From positions 71,760 through 135,759 of the forward strand of contig JAQUSJ010000001.1 of the NCBI GenBank assembly GCA_028715175.1: a stretch of 64,000 nt of DNA. Reading direction: 5' to 3'. Position 1 is the first letter of the stretch; every line of letters begins with the position of its first letter. The position numbers were made by a program, and so were the translations under genes. Of the stretch, positions 28,162-36,998 are shown piece by piece. The stretch comes from Candidatus Daviesbacteria bacterium. Lineage in GTDB: Bacteria; Patescibacteriota; Microgenomatia; Daviesbacterales; UBA10151. The notes beneath the pieces were generated by a model. That model did no database searches. It saw only the letters and a list, made by a program, of their open reading frames with translations, and had not been told where the DNA came from.

Positions 28162-28940
28162 AAAAAGATTATAGAAAGAGATTATTGAGCATAATTGACG
28201 GAAAGGAGTATTTGTCGGATAAATTTAATCGAGCCACAAATAATAAAAACATTAGCGCTTGGGGTCGCAAAAAGAGCCCTGAGGCATGGATCAAGATTCA
28301 TTTTAAAACCTACCCACGCCTAAATAGAATAAAATTAGTAAAAGTTTTCCAAAATAGGAAGATATCTTTAGTAGATGTGCTAAAAAATAGGCGTTCGAGT
28401 AGGACTTTTTCAGGTAAACCTATTTCCATAAAAGATTTATCTTACTTATTATTATATTCAAGTGGTATTATCGATCATGGGTTTGCACCGGATAAGAGTA
28501 GAAGGGTATATCCCTCAGCTGGAGCACGCTATCCGTTAGAAGTATATCCACTCATTCTTAGCGATGGTGATGGAGTGAAAGCTGGTTTGTATCATTATAA
28601 TGTGAAAGAGCATATTTTAGAAGTTATCCTAAAGGAAGATTTAAAACACTGGTTGCTTGAGTCTACTGGTAATTTCAAACCAATAATTAAAGCAAGTGTG
28701 GTGTTTATTGTTACAGGAGTTCTTGATCGAACTAGAGTAAAATATGGAGATAGAGGGTATAGATACGTACTAATGGAAGCAGGGCATATGGCCCAAAATT
28801 TATTACTTCTTGCAACCGGTTTAGGAATGGCTAATTTGGCGATTGGAGGGTATACAGATTCTAAGGTTACAGAGTTGTTGAATTTGGAATTAGTGAAAGA
28901 GGTATCATTGTATATGATTGCTGTAGGTGGATATGTCTAA
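28158..28940 (+). CDS. SagB-type (McbC-like) FMN-dependent dehydrogenase
   Basis: 'RRSSRTF', 'PSAGARYPLEVYPLIL' and 'GLYHYN' are characteristic of SagB/nitroreductase-fold azoline dehydrogenases. ATGA overlap with the YcaO gene. Confidence 0.8.
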   Translation: MKKDYRKRLLSIIDGKEYLSDKFNRATNNKNISAWGRKKSPEAWIKIHFKTYPRLNRIKLVKVFQNRKISLVDVLKNRRSSRTFSGKPISIKDLSYLLLYSSGIIDHGFAPDKSRRVYPSAGARYPLEVYPLILSDGDGVKAGLYHYNVKEHILEVILKEDLKHWLLESTGNFKPIIKASVVFIVTGVLDRTRVKYGDRGYRYVLMEAGHMAQNLLLLATGLGMANLAIGGYTDSKVTELLNLELVKEVSLYMIAVGGYV

Positions 28941-30216
28941 ACATAGTTTAATTAGATTAGAAAATGGCTTGACGCTATTTTTACAGCGTATTCCGAGGGT
29001 GCGTTCTGTTTCTGTTTCCATCGGTGTTAGGGCAGGTTCTAGGTATGAGACGAAAGAAACGGCTGGATTGGCACATTTTCTGGAACATATGTTATTTGAG
29101 GGTACCAAACAATATCCAACAGCCAAAAAATTAGCAGAGCAAATAGAAAGAGTTGGTGGACACTCCGGTGCATATACCAATAGAGAATATGTAATTTATA
29201 ATGTTAAAGTTTTTGAAAAGTATCTAGAGATAGCTTTTAAGTATCTTTCTCAAATTATTTTTGATTCAAGTTTGGAATTGAGTAATATTGAGAAGGAGAA
29301 AAGTATTGTTCTGGAGGAGATAAAACGAGTAGCAGATAATCCTGAACAAGTAATTTGGGAAGAATGGATGAAATGGGTATGGGATACTGATCAGCCACTT
29401 GGTCGTTCGATTCTGGGAGACAAAGAAACAGTTCAAAAAATTACTAAATCAAAACTGCAGGCATACTTGCAAAATTTATATGTACCCCAAAATATGATAC
29501 TTACAGTGGTAGGAAATTTTTCATTGTTAGAGGTAGAAAAATATGTTCGAAAATACTTTGATGTAAAAATGACTGGGAAGATTCCAGTATTACAAAAATC
29601 AGAATTGCCCGAGCACAAAAGTAAAACTAAAGTCATGCAGTTAGATACACAGCAAGTTCAACTACTCTGTGGTTTTGTGACTGGTGTTTCGTATTTCCAC
29701 AAAGATCGATTCATAATGTGGTTACTGGCTGAACTCTTAAGTGGAGGAGTAAGTGCGAGGATATTTCAAAAGCTTATTTACGAACTGGGAATTGCTTATT
29801 CTGCCGGAACATATGATATGGAATTCAAGGATACGGGAATATTCTTTATTTATGGTGGATTTGCTAAAGAAAATATTGAGAAAGCCATAACGACTATTTT
29901 TGACGAACTAAGAGAACTTCAAATGAAAAGCGTCATTCCTGATGAATTGGCTAGCGCAAAAGAGAGAAGTATAGCCAGATTATATTTTTCTGCAGAAAAA
30001 CCAGATTATCTTGCTGGTTTACATGCGACACAATTTATTACAGAGGGGAAAATAATGACGATAGAGACACTATCAGAGGAAATAAATCAGGTAAGTTCAG
30101 CTGATGTTAAGAGAGTTGCGCAAAAATATTTTAATAATTCAGATGTATATATTATGTTGCGTGGTCCAGTAAGACAAGATCAAGTAAAAATAATTGATGA
30201 AATAATTGATAGGTAA
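28927..30216 (+). CDS. M16-family (pitrilysin-like) zinc peptidase; candidate leader peptidase
   Basis: Inverzincin motif 'HFLEHMLFEGT' (HxxEH). Overlaps the dehydrogenase gene by 14 nt. Confidence 0.8.
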   Translation: MDMSKHSLIRLENGLTLFLQRIPRVRSVSVSIGVRAGSRYETKETAGLAHFLEHMLFEGTKQYPTAKKLAEQIERVGGHSGAYTNREYVIYNVKVFEKYLEIAFKYLSQIIFDSSLELSNIEKEKSIVLEEIKRVADNPEQVIWEEWMKWVWDTDQPLGRSILGDKETVQKITKSKLQAYLQNLYVPQNMILTVVGNFSLLEVEKYVRKYFDVKMTGKIPVLQKSELPEHKSKTKVMQLDTQQVQLLCGFVTGVSYFHKDRFIMWLLAELLSGGVSARIFQKLIYELGIAYSAGTYDMEFKDTGIFFIYGGFAKENIEKAITTIFDELRELQMKSVIPDELASAKERSIARLYFSAEKPDYLAGLHATQFITEGKIMTIETLSEEINQVSSADVKRVAQKYFNNSDVYIMLRGPVRQDQVKIIDEIIDR

Positions 30217-30222
30217 TTTTTG

Positions 30223-30300
30223 GAAAGGTTAATTAATCGCGAAAGAGAACAATTTGGACTAAGGGGAGCTAGCTTAACAGAAGTGGAAGGAGAGATTATT
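30223..30300. repeat. Direct repeat B (a non-coding duplicate of the PH-domain gene 3' end, att-like)
   Basis: It starts 7 nt after the M16 peptidase stop. It would encode 'FLERLINREREQFGLRGASLTEVEGEIIS*'. Confidence 0.85.
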
Positions 30301-30332
30301 TCCTGAAAGGAAATAGTCCCACGGTTTATTTC

Positions 30333-31046
30333 TTAGTCTTGCGCTATCGGGCGGGGCATATCCGGAATTTCCGGAAGTAGAGCCTGCGGATTAACATAAC
30401 TATCATTGCGGGTAATTTCCAGATGCGTATGAGGACCGGAAGTATGGCCTGTTAAGCCTACCTCTCCTAAAATATTTTCCGGAGCAACCTCGTCCTTAAC
30501 TTTAACGTAGATTTTTCCCATGTGAGCATACTTTGATTTAAATCCGTTCTCGTGAGTCACTACCACATAATTTCCCAAACCCCAAAAATCTCTTCCAACC
30601 TCAAAAACTTTACCATTGATGATCGGACGGACAGGCATACCCAATCCTGTGGCAATATCTATGCCCGGATGCCATGTTGAGAATCTGGTTGTTAGATAAC
30701 CAGGGTGCGGTAAGACTAGAGGTTTAGAAAATGATTCGGCGATGACTTCTTCTTTTTGTTCCTGCCCGGCCGCCTTGTATGAAGCTAAAGCCAGCGATTT
30801 TTTAACAGGAGGGATAGAAAGTGTTGGGTAGTATCCTGTCAGGGAAAAGAAAATAAAACCAATAATGGCAAGCTTTGTAAACCTCTTAAGGAACCTTAGC
30901 TTGATTTTAGATAATTTCCGAGTGAGGGCAACCCTTTCAGAAATTACCATAGACAGAAGGTTTATGTTTTGATATTTCAAAACAAATCCCATACTGGATA
31001 GTATGGGATGAATGCGAATAGTATCACTTTCGAGCTCAAATGTCAA
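30333..31046 (-). CDS. M23-family peptidoglycan metalloendopeptidase
   Basis: 'GIDIATGLGMPV' and 'GLTGHTSGPHTHLEI' (HxH) motifs. N-terminal TM. Confidence 0.8.
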   Translation of the reverse strand: MTFELESDTIRIHPILSSMGFVLKYQNINLLSMVISERVALTRKLSKIKLRFLKRFTKLAIIGFIFFSLTGYYPTLSIPPVKKSLALASYKAAGQEQKEEVIAESFSKPLVLPHPGYLTTRFSTWHPGIDIATGLGMPVRPIINGKVFEVGRDFWGLGNYVVVTHENGFKSKYAHMGKIYVKVKDEVAPENILGEVGLTGHTSGPHTHLEITRNDSYVNPQALLPEIPDMPRPIAQD

Positions 31047-31878
31047 TGAAAATGGAGTGGAGTATAATGTATCGATGAAAAAATTCTTGGTTTGGTTTTT
31101 AATTCTTTTGAGTTTGATAGCTTTACTGCTTCGTTTCAGTAATCAATTGGCTGAAACTTTTTTTGGAGTCAAACAAACAAGCGGTATTTCTATTTTATCT
31201 GATCCGATAGAAGCAACCGTTTTCTTAGACGGTAAAGAAACCGGAAAGACGCCTTTTGACAGCAAAGATTTAGACGTTAAAGAATATCTAGTCAGACTGG
31301 AAAAAAATAAAGCCTTTTGGCAAGGTAAAGTTAAATTAAATGCCGGTACAATAGTGGTTATTATAAGAGATATAGCTAGCGATTCCGCATCTTCTGCCGG
31401 GGAAATTTTAACGCTAGACCGGGGAAAAGGGATAACTATAATTTCCAATCCGTCTGATGCAGGAGTAGAAATTGATGGTCGCATCATTGGAAAGACACCA
31501 ATCACGGCTGATGTGAATACAGGGGAGCATACTATTTTAGTAAGCCATACAAATTATTTGAATAGAAGCATCAAGGTTGATTTGCCTGTAAACTTTAATC
31601 TTACGGTTTCGGTAGATCTAGCGCTTTCCGAAGCTGATTTGGAGGCAATAGAGACCCCAGTCATAACTCAAACACCTGAAGTTATCGTTAAGCAAACTCC
31701 GACAGGATTTTTAAGGGTTAGAGATAAGGCGTCGCTTAGCGGGAAAGAAATTGCACAAGTCAAACCAGGAGATAACCTTATTCTTTTGGAAGAGCAAGGA
31801 TCCTGGGATAGGATAAGATTGTCTAACGGGACTGAGGGATTTGTTTCATCTTCCTATGTTGAAAAGAAAAGTCCTTAG
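31012..31878 (+). CDS. PEGA-domain plus SH3b-domain protein
   Basis: Two 'ISxPxxAxVxLDGxxxGKTP' PEGA repeats and a C-terminal bacterial SH3-like segment. Confidence 0.55.
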   Translation: MRIVSLSSSNVNENGVEYNVSMKKFLVWFLILLSLIALLLRFSNQLAETFFGVKQTSGISILSDPIEATVFLDGKETGKTPFDSKDLDVKEYLVRLEKNKAFWQGKVKLNAGTIVVIIRDIASDSASSAGEILTLDRGKGITIISNPSDAGVEIDGRIIGKTPITADVNTGEHTILVSHTNYLNRSIKVDLPVNFNLTVSVDLALSEADLEAIETPVITQTPEVIVKQTPTGFLRVRDKASLSGKEIAQVKPGDNLILLEEQGSWDRIRLSNGTEGFVSSSYVEKKSP

Positions 31879-32807
31879 GCTCCCAAAAAGTAAATAATTC
31901 CTACCACCATTACTATCCAGATGATGACTGTTACGAGTAAAGGTTTATCGGTTAAGATTACACGCTCCGGAGATTCGCCTTCTTTTTTCTCATAAATTAT
32001 ATAGAGATATCTCATGACGGCATATAACACAACCGGAACTGTTGCCATTAAATATTTTGCTTCTGTGATTGGTATTTCAAAACCGCCAAAGAAAGTTGAC
32101 AATATCCGGCCTGCTTGAATCGGTGGTTGTAAGAATGCAAAAAAAGCATATGTTAACCAGGTGGAGTTGGCAAACATGGAGGTTAAAATGTCCAGTAAAT
32201 TTTCCGGATAATGAAGCAATGTTTCTCTGTGTCCGAATGCCTGAGATTCCATTAATGTCCGCTCCGATCTTCTTTTTCCAATAGCCAAAAAGAGAGCAGA
32301 GCTTGTGACACACAGCAAAAACCAGACGTTTAAATGAGCATCAATTACCCAGACCCCACTATAAACTCGAAGGACAAAGCCGGCTGCAATCACTAAAACA
32401 TCAATTAAAATTATTTGTTTTAAGTAAGCAGAATAAAGTAGCTGCATTATTAGATAAGTTAGTGCAGCAAAGAAAAAACCGGGAGAAAGCGCATATGACA
32501 GCGGTAAAAAAATTACAATTGAGACAAGAGCCAAAGTTACGGCTAAAGGGACGGGAATAAGTCCGGATGCTATTGGACGCTTTTTTTTAAAAGGGTGGAG
32601 TTTATCTCTTTCAATATCAAATACATCATTTAGTAAGTAAGTGGTTGAAGAAAAGATGCAAAAGAGAAGAAATGCTTCGCCCGTTTTTATTTGATTTACT
32701 CTGTCGAAAAGCATGCCGGAAAAGATTAAACCGGCGAAAACTGCGAAGTTTTTTATCCACTGTCTGGGCCGCGCTGCCCTGAATAATCCCCAAAAAAGTT
32801 TAACCAT
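31875..32807 (-). CDS. UbiA-family prenyltransferase (decaprenyl-phosphate phosphoribosyltransferase-like)
   Basis: 'NDVFDIERDKLHP' (NDxxDxxxD). Polytopic. Confidence 0.6.
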   Translation of the reverse strand: MVKLFWGLFRAARPRQWIKNFAVFAGLIFSGMLFDRVNQIKTGEAFLLFCIFSSTTYLLNDVFDIERDKLHPFKKKRPIASGLIPVPLAVTLALVSIVIFLPLSYALSPGFFFAALTYLIMQLLYSAYLKQIILIDVLVIAAGFVLRVYSGVWVIDAHLNVWFLLCVTSSALFLAIGKRRSERTLMESQAFGHRETLLHYPENLLDILTSMFANSTWLTYAFFAFLQPPIQAGRILSTFFGGFEIPITEAKYLMATVPVVLYAVMRYLYIIYEKKEGESPERVILTDKPLLVTVIIWIVMVVGIIYFLGA

Positions 32808-33811
32808 AAAATGGCTCCTAAAATAATTGTCCCGATAAGTGCTGCCGCAAATAGTTTGCCGCTGGAGGACAAACTTAGAGCTGCTGCACCAAGAATAGCA
32901 CTTCCTAATATGTAAAACAAGGCAATTTGTTCATGCGAAAATCCTTGTTCAAGGAGTTTATGATGCAGATGACCACGGTCGCCCCAGACAGGCGATTTAC
33001 CCTCCAGAATTCGTCTGAAGAATGTGTATGCAAAATCGGTTGCCGGAATTAAAAGCACAAGCCCTGCGGTTGCTAATTTTCCTCCGGATAAAATAGCCAA
33101 AACCGCAATCATAAATCCTAAAACTCCTGATCCGGAAAACCCCGGGAAAAGTTTGGCCGGATGCCAATTAAAAAGCAAAAGAGCGAAACCAGCTCCCGCA
33201 GTGATAAATGAAAGTTTTGCCAAATTGACTTGCGTGGGATCATGAAACACATTTAGCTTTAAGGATAACAGCCCTAAAATTATCGCTGCAATCGTAATCA
33301 CACCCGGCATTTGACCATCCACACCTTTTGACCAGTTCATCATATTAATTACCCAAACGATCCAAATTACCGCCAAAAAATCGGCAAGCAGCATTAATTG
33401 AGGGTTTGTATCAAAGCGGATGATTCCACCCAATGGGTTAGTGATAAAGGAAATGCCTATTCCCATACAAACTACGATACCTGCTGCAAGAAATTGGGTT
33501 AAGAGCCGCAAATATGGCGAAAGATTCTGGTAACGGTCGTCTAAAAGTCCTATCACGAGCAAAATGATAAGCCCTGCCAGGATTCCGATTGTATATTTTT
33601 CAAACGGGATAAATAGTACCATTGTCAGCGCAATTCCGATAAAGACAGGTAATCCTCCTGCTCTTGGAACAATCCTTTGTTGGGTATGAGCAGGGTGCGG
33701 TCTTGTCTTAGGGTTATCAAGCATTTTAAATTTTTTTGCAAAAGTAATAGTGAGAGGTACGGAAATTATAGTCAGCATAAAAGAAATTATTGGAGGTAAC
33801 AAAAAATCCAT
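32753..33811 (-). CDS. Glycosyltransferase family 4 polyprenyl-phosphate sugar-1-phosphate transferase (MraY/WecA-like)
   Basis: 'GLLDDRYQNLSPYLRL' and polytopic topology. The true start is probably internal, given a 55-nt overlap with the downstream gene. Confidence 0.65.
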   Translation of the reverse strand: MDFLLPPIISFMLTIISVPLTITFAKKFKMLDNPKTRPHPAHTQQRIVPRAGGLPVFIGIALTMVLFIPFEKYTIGILAGLIILLVIGLLDDRYQNLSPYLRLLTQFLAAGIVVCMGIGISFITNPLGGIIRFDTNPQLMLLADFLAVIWIVWVINMMNWSKGVDGQMPGVITIAAIILGLLSLKLNVFHDPTQVNLAKLSFITAGAGFALLLFNWHPAKLFPGFSGSGVLGFMIAVLAILSGGKLATAGLVLLIPATDFAYTFFRRILEGKSPVWGDRGHLHHKLLEQGFSHEQIALFYILGSAILGAAALSLSSSGKLFAAALIGTIILGAILWLNFFGDYSGQRGPDSG

Positions 33812-33813
33812 AT

Positions 33814-34179
33814 TTAAATAAAATTAAAGACTATTTTTATAAATGTGACTGTTAATAATAGACTTATTACAAGTGGAGAAAAAAGCAGCATTTTTTTGAA
33901 AAAGGATTGGGATGGATGCAACTGCCAGGAAATCCCCGAATTCAAGAGGGTAATTACCATGATAATTGCCGGAATTAACAGAAACTCCTGGCGAGAGGCG
34001 AGTCGATCGTTGCCCCAAAGGAGTGAATAAAAAAGCGGTAATTTAGGCGGTAATGACCGTAAGCCCAAAAGTATAGTTACTGCGAGAATCAGACCTATGA
34101 TAACAGGAAATAGGGTTATCCATAAAACCAACTTGTTTGAAATGACAAAATCTTCGGATCCTTTTTTTAATTTAAACAT
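33814..34179 (-). CDS. Small membrane protein
   Basis: 121 aa with 3-4 TM segments. Confidence 0.3.
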   Translation of the reverse strand: MFKLKKGSEDFVISNKLVLWITLFPVIIGLILAVTILLGLRSLPPKLPLFYSLLWGNDRLASRQEFLLIPAIIMVITLLNSGISWQLHPSQSFFKKMLLFSPLVISLLLTVTFIKIVFNFI

Positions 34180-34186
34180 AAATTTT

Positions 34187-36004
34187 TTATACTTTTTCTA
34201 GTAACCTTGCCTTATTAGTTACCCTAAATTCCAATTTTTTGCCAAACATCAGAGAAGTTTGGGCATCAATTGCAGGCAAGGAAGAAATAGTTATAAGGAT
34301 TAGAGGTAGTAAAAGCCATTGAGCATATGACCAGATTCTTTTAAATAGCGACCAATCAGCCGGTCTTTTCGGCACTACTTTTTCATGGACGTAAATGGTG
34401 CCAAATAGCCCAAAAAAAGTGATTGTTAAAATCCACGAAGAAACAATCGGTAAATTTACAGACAATACGGAGGTTTTAAAACTGGGATTTACAAAAGATA
34501 TCAATAAGCTTCCAAAGGTGACGAAAATTGCCAAAAACCCCCATTTCAGATCCCCCCAAATTTTAAAAAGTACCCGATCGGTTTTATCCCAAAAATCAAT
34601 TTCTTTGGTAAAATACTGCTTAACAATGAAGGGAATATGTTCCACCCCATAAGCCCATCTCTTGATTTGTAAATACTGGTTTTGGAAGGTTTTGAAAAGA
34701 GTAACATCCTGGACGGCGTCTCCGGAAATAGGCAAAAAATGAGGGACAACTCTGTAATCGCCGTTAAAATGAAAATAAGCTTTCCAGTAGAAACCATTGT
34801 CGTCGTTTACTTTATCGGGTATCCAGAGACCGATATCAAGTAGTGCTTTTAGAGAAATCGACATTGAAGAATAGTTCATATATTTGTCTGATCCTACCAT
34901 TTCCGCCATCTGCCAAAAGCTGGTACCGGTTGCCATGAGTCTCATCGGGGTTGGGGTTTGCCAATAATTATTGTGGTATAGAAAAACACCGGTAAAGGTT
35001 CGTTTATCTCTGACGGAGCCGGGTAGCGATAAATACTTATACAGTGCTCCGGCAAGGAATTGTTGGTGAATGACAAAATCAGCATCCAGGGTTGTGACAA
35101 AAACATCCTCAATTTGAATTCCTGCTTTTTGAAGCTGTGGAAGGATATGTTTTATCATCCAATTTTTATTTGATCCTTGACCGGCGACTTCTCCCTCTAA
35201 GCCATAGGGATGGATTGTTGTGAATACACCCCCAATTTTTCTTTCGATCTTTTTTAGATACTCTTTAGTTTCACGAATTTTTTCCGGGTCATCTCTTTCC
35301 TCAAATCCCACAGCAATCAAGATTTTATTTTTTGGATAACTGCAGTTGGCAATGGCATTAAAAGTAGGCTTGAGGATATATAATGCTTCTTTGTAAGTGG
35401 GAATCAAAATTAATTGGTAATATTTCTCCCATTCTTTTGGAAAATCCTTTCGTAGTAACTTTTGCCAATCCTGATGTTTTGCCCATTCCATTTTGCGGTA
35501 GCCAATGATTATTAGGACAGCAATTCTAAAAGCAGTTAATAACCAGTAAACGTCGGCAATTAAAATAAGATATGCGACTGCATAAGGAAGAGTAAACGAT
35601 AACCAGATCGGAGAAGTTAGCGCCAGCCAGGTTAAGCTCCCCGGTAGAATTTCCAGAAATCTTTCAAATCCATTCGCGTGTTTTAAAACAAATTCCTGCT
35701 CCGACCTTTCAAAAAGGATAAATCGTTGGGATAGCAGATGGTGTATTATAAGACCGAGGCCTGATCCAATCAGAAAAAGACCGGTCAGAATATTAACTCC
35801 ACCGGTAAGCATAGATTGTCCCCAAAAGCTAACCAAAAACCCCAACAGCACAAAGAAGAGTCCAAGGAAACTATAACGGATTCCTTTAACTACTCTATTT
35901 AAGATTTCCGAAAAATAGAAAAAGGATAAAAAACCAATAAAAAAGACCAGTAAAATACGCATGTGTATGTCCCTAAGTTTACCTACTTGAGCCTCAGAAA
36001 GCAA
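34187..36004 (-). CDS. Processive family-2 glycosyltransferase (membrane-embedded, QxxRW type)
   Basis: 'TTLDADFV' (DxD) and 'LQIKRWAYG' (QxxRW), with TM bundles at both termini. Confidence 0.6.
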   Translation of the reverse strand: MLSEAQVGKLRDIHMRILLVFFIGFLSFFYFSEILNRVVKGIRYSFLGLFFVLLGFLVSFWGQSMLTGGVNILTGLFLIGSGLGLIIHHLLSQRFILFERSEQEFVLKHANGFERFLEILPGSLTWLALTSPIWLSFTLPYAVAYLILIADVYWLLTAFRIAVLIIIGYRKMEWAKHQDWQKLLRKDFPKEWEKYYQLILIPTYKEALYILKPTFNAIANCSYPKNKILIAVGFEERDDPEKIRETKEYLKKIERKIGGVFTTIHPYGLEGEVAGQGSNKNWMIKHILPQLQKAGIQIEDVFVTTLDADFVIHQQFLAGALYKYLSLPGSVRDKRTFTGVFLYHNNYWQTPTPMRLMATGTSFWQMAEMVGSDKYMNYSSMSISLKALLDIGLWIPDKVNDDNGFYWKAYFHFNGDYRVVPHFLPISGDAVQDVTLFKTFQNQYLQIKRWAYGVEHIPFIVKQYFTKEIDFWDKTDRVLFKIWGDLKWGFLAIFVTFGSLLISFVNPSFKTSVLSVNLPIVSSWILTITFFGLFGTIYVHEKVVPKRPADWSLFKRIWSYAQWLLLPLILITISSLPAIDAQTSLMFGKKLEFRVTNKARLLEKV

Positions 36005-36018
36005 ATGATCCGCAGGAT

Positions 36019-36906
36019 CTAAATCTTAAATATCTTTTTAGCATTCTCCGTAGTTTGATTAGAAACCGTTTCAAATGTGATTCCTTTGAGATTAGCGATC
36101 AGACGGGCAATTTCTTTGACGCTAGAGGGTTCATTCCTTTGGCCACGTTTACTTTGGGGAGCGAGAAACGGGGAATCGGTTTCTAAAAGGATCCGTTCTA
36201 AAGGGATAATTTTGGCGGCTTCCCTTAAGTATTCATTTTTGGGGTAAGTGATATTAGCTGCAAAAGCCACTAAAAAGTTAGTAGTCTGTAGTAGGTAGTT
36301 GGTAGTTTGGGGAAGACCGGAATAGCAGTGATAAACTCCAAAATGATCTTTGGTCATATCAATAGCAGTTTGCCAGCATTCGGAATTTTCAGGATTTTTT
36401 GAGCGGTCATCACGGCAATGAACAACTAAAGGCAGATTTAATTTTTTGGCCAAATCAATTTGGGCCTGAAAAAGTTTTTTCTGGAGAATTTTAATCTGGT
36501 CTGGTGGAATAGATGGAGGAGTGAAACCAGGATTGCTGTTAAAGAAAAAATCCAGCCCACATTCTCCAATCCCAGCGACCTTTTCTGAATTACTTCTATA
36601 AATCTCTTCTAATTGGGTTATATCGTTTACCAAATCCTTTTGTACGTTTGTACCACGATCGGAGGATGTTTATGATTGTTGGTATTTAATTGCTTCGTGC
36701 GGATGGATGCCGATAGTGGAATATACTGATAAACCTTTAGGCCATTTAGTATTTTTAGCCTGATTCAAAGCTTCCTTGCTTTTTTCAATATCTACTCCAA
36801 TGTTGATGATTGCAGAAATTCCGCTATCTAAAGCTCTTTGGATTACTTCATCAAAATCTTCTTTATATGATTCCCAGTAAAGATGGGCATGTGTATCAAT
36901 TAACAT
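36019..36906 (-). pseudogene. tatD: TatD-family hydrolase interrupted by a single in-frame TAA (fragments 36670-36906 and 36019-36633)
   Basis: N-terminal fragment 'MLIDTHAHLY...IGIHPHEA' and C-terminal fragment '...AGIGECGLDFF...ETDSPFLAP' are in the same frame, separated by TAA plus 12 codons. The C-terminal fragment also contains heptamer repeat 36280-36310. Confidence 0.55.
36280..36310. repeat. Heptamer array (GGTAGTT-like), in frame in tatD (encodes 'PQTTNYLLQTTNFL')
   Basis: 'gtagtctgtagtaggtagttggtagtttgg'. Confidence 0.7.
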
Positions 36907-36926
36907 ATACGAGCGTTATTCTTTCC

Positions 36927-36988
36927 TGTCATCCTGAGGCGATTAGCCGAAGGATATGATTATATTCTTCACTTCGTTCAGAATGACG
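36927..36988. repeat. Palindromic repeat element, GTCATCCTGAGCG family (intergenic tatD/metG)
   Basis: 'tgtcatcctgaggcgattagccgaagga...cttcgttcagaatgacg' imperfect inverted repeat. Confidence 0.75.
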
Positions 36989-36998
36989 ATTCTCTTCA

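Larger units (their letters stand above)
25539..30300. mobile_element. Putative integrated cassette/genomic island bounded by 78-bp direct repeats (25539-25616 and 30223-30300) and carrying a TOMM-type RiPP cluster. No integrase is present
   Basis: The repeats are identical over 58 bp and differ by 4 synonymous-type mismatches in the first 25 bp. Copy B retains the coding frame of the PH-domain gene 3' end. The interior is AT-richer than the flanks. Confidence 0.5.

Noticed and set aside
25539-30300. Prophage or IS element as carrier of the RiPP cassette
   Set aside because: There is no integrase, transposase, terminal inverted repeats or phage structural genes between the direct repeats. 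It is reported as an island of unknown mobilisation mechanism.
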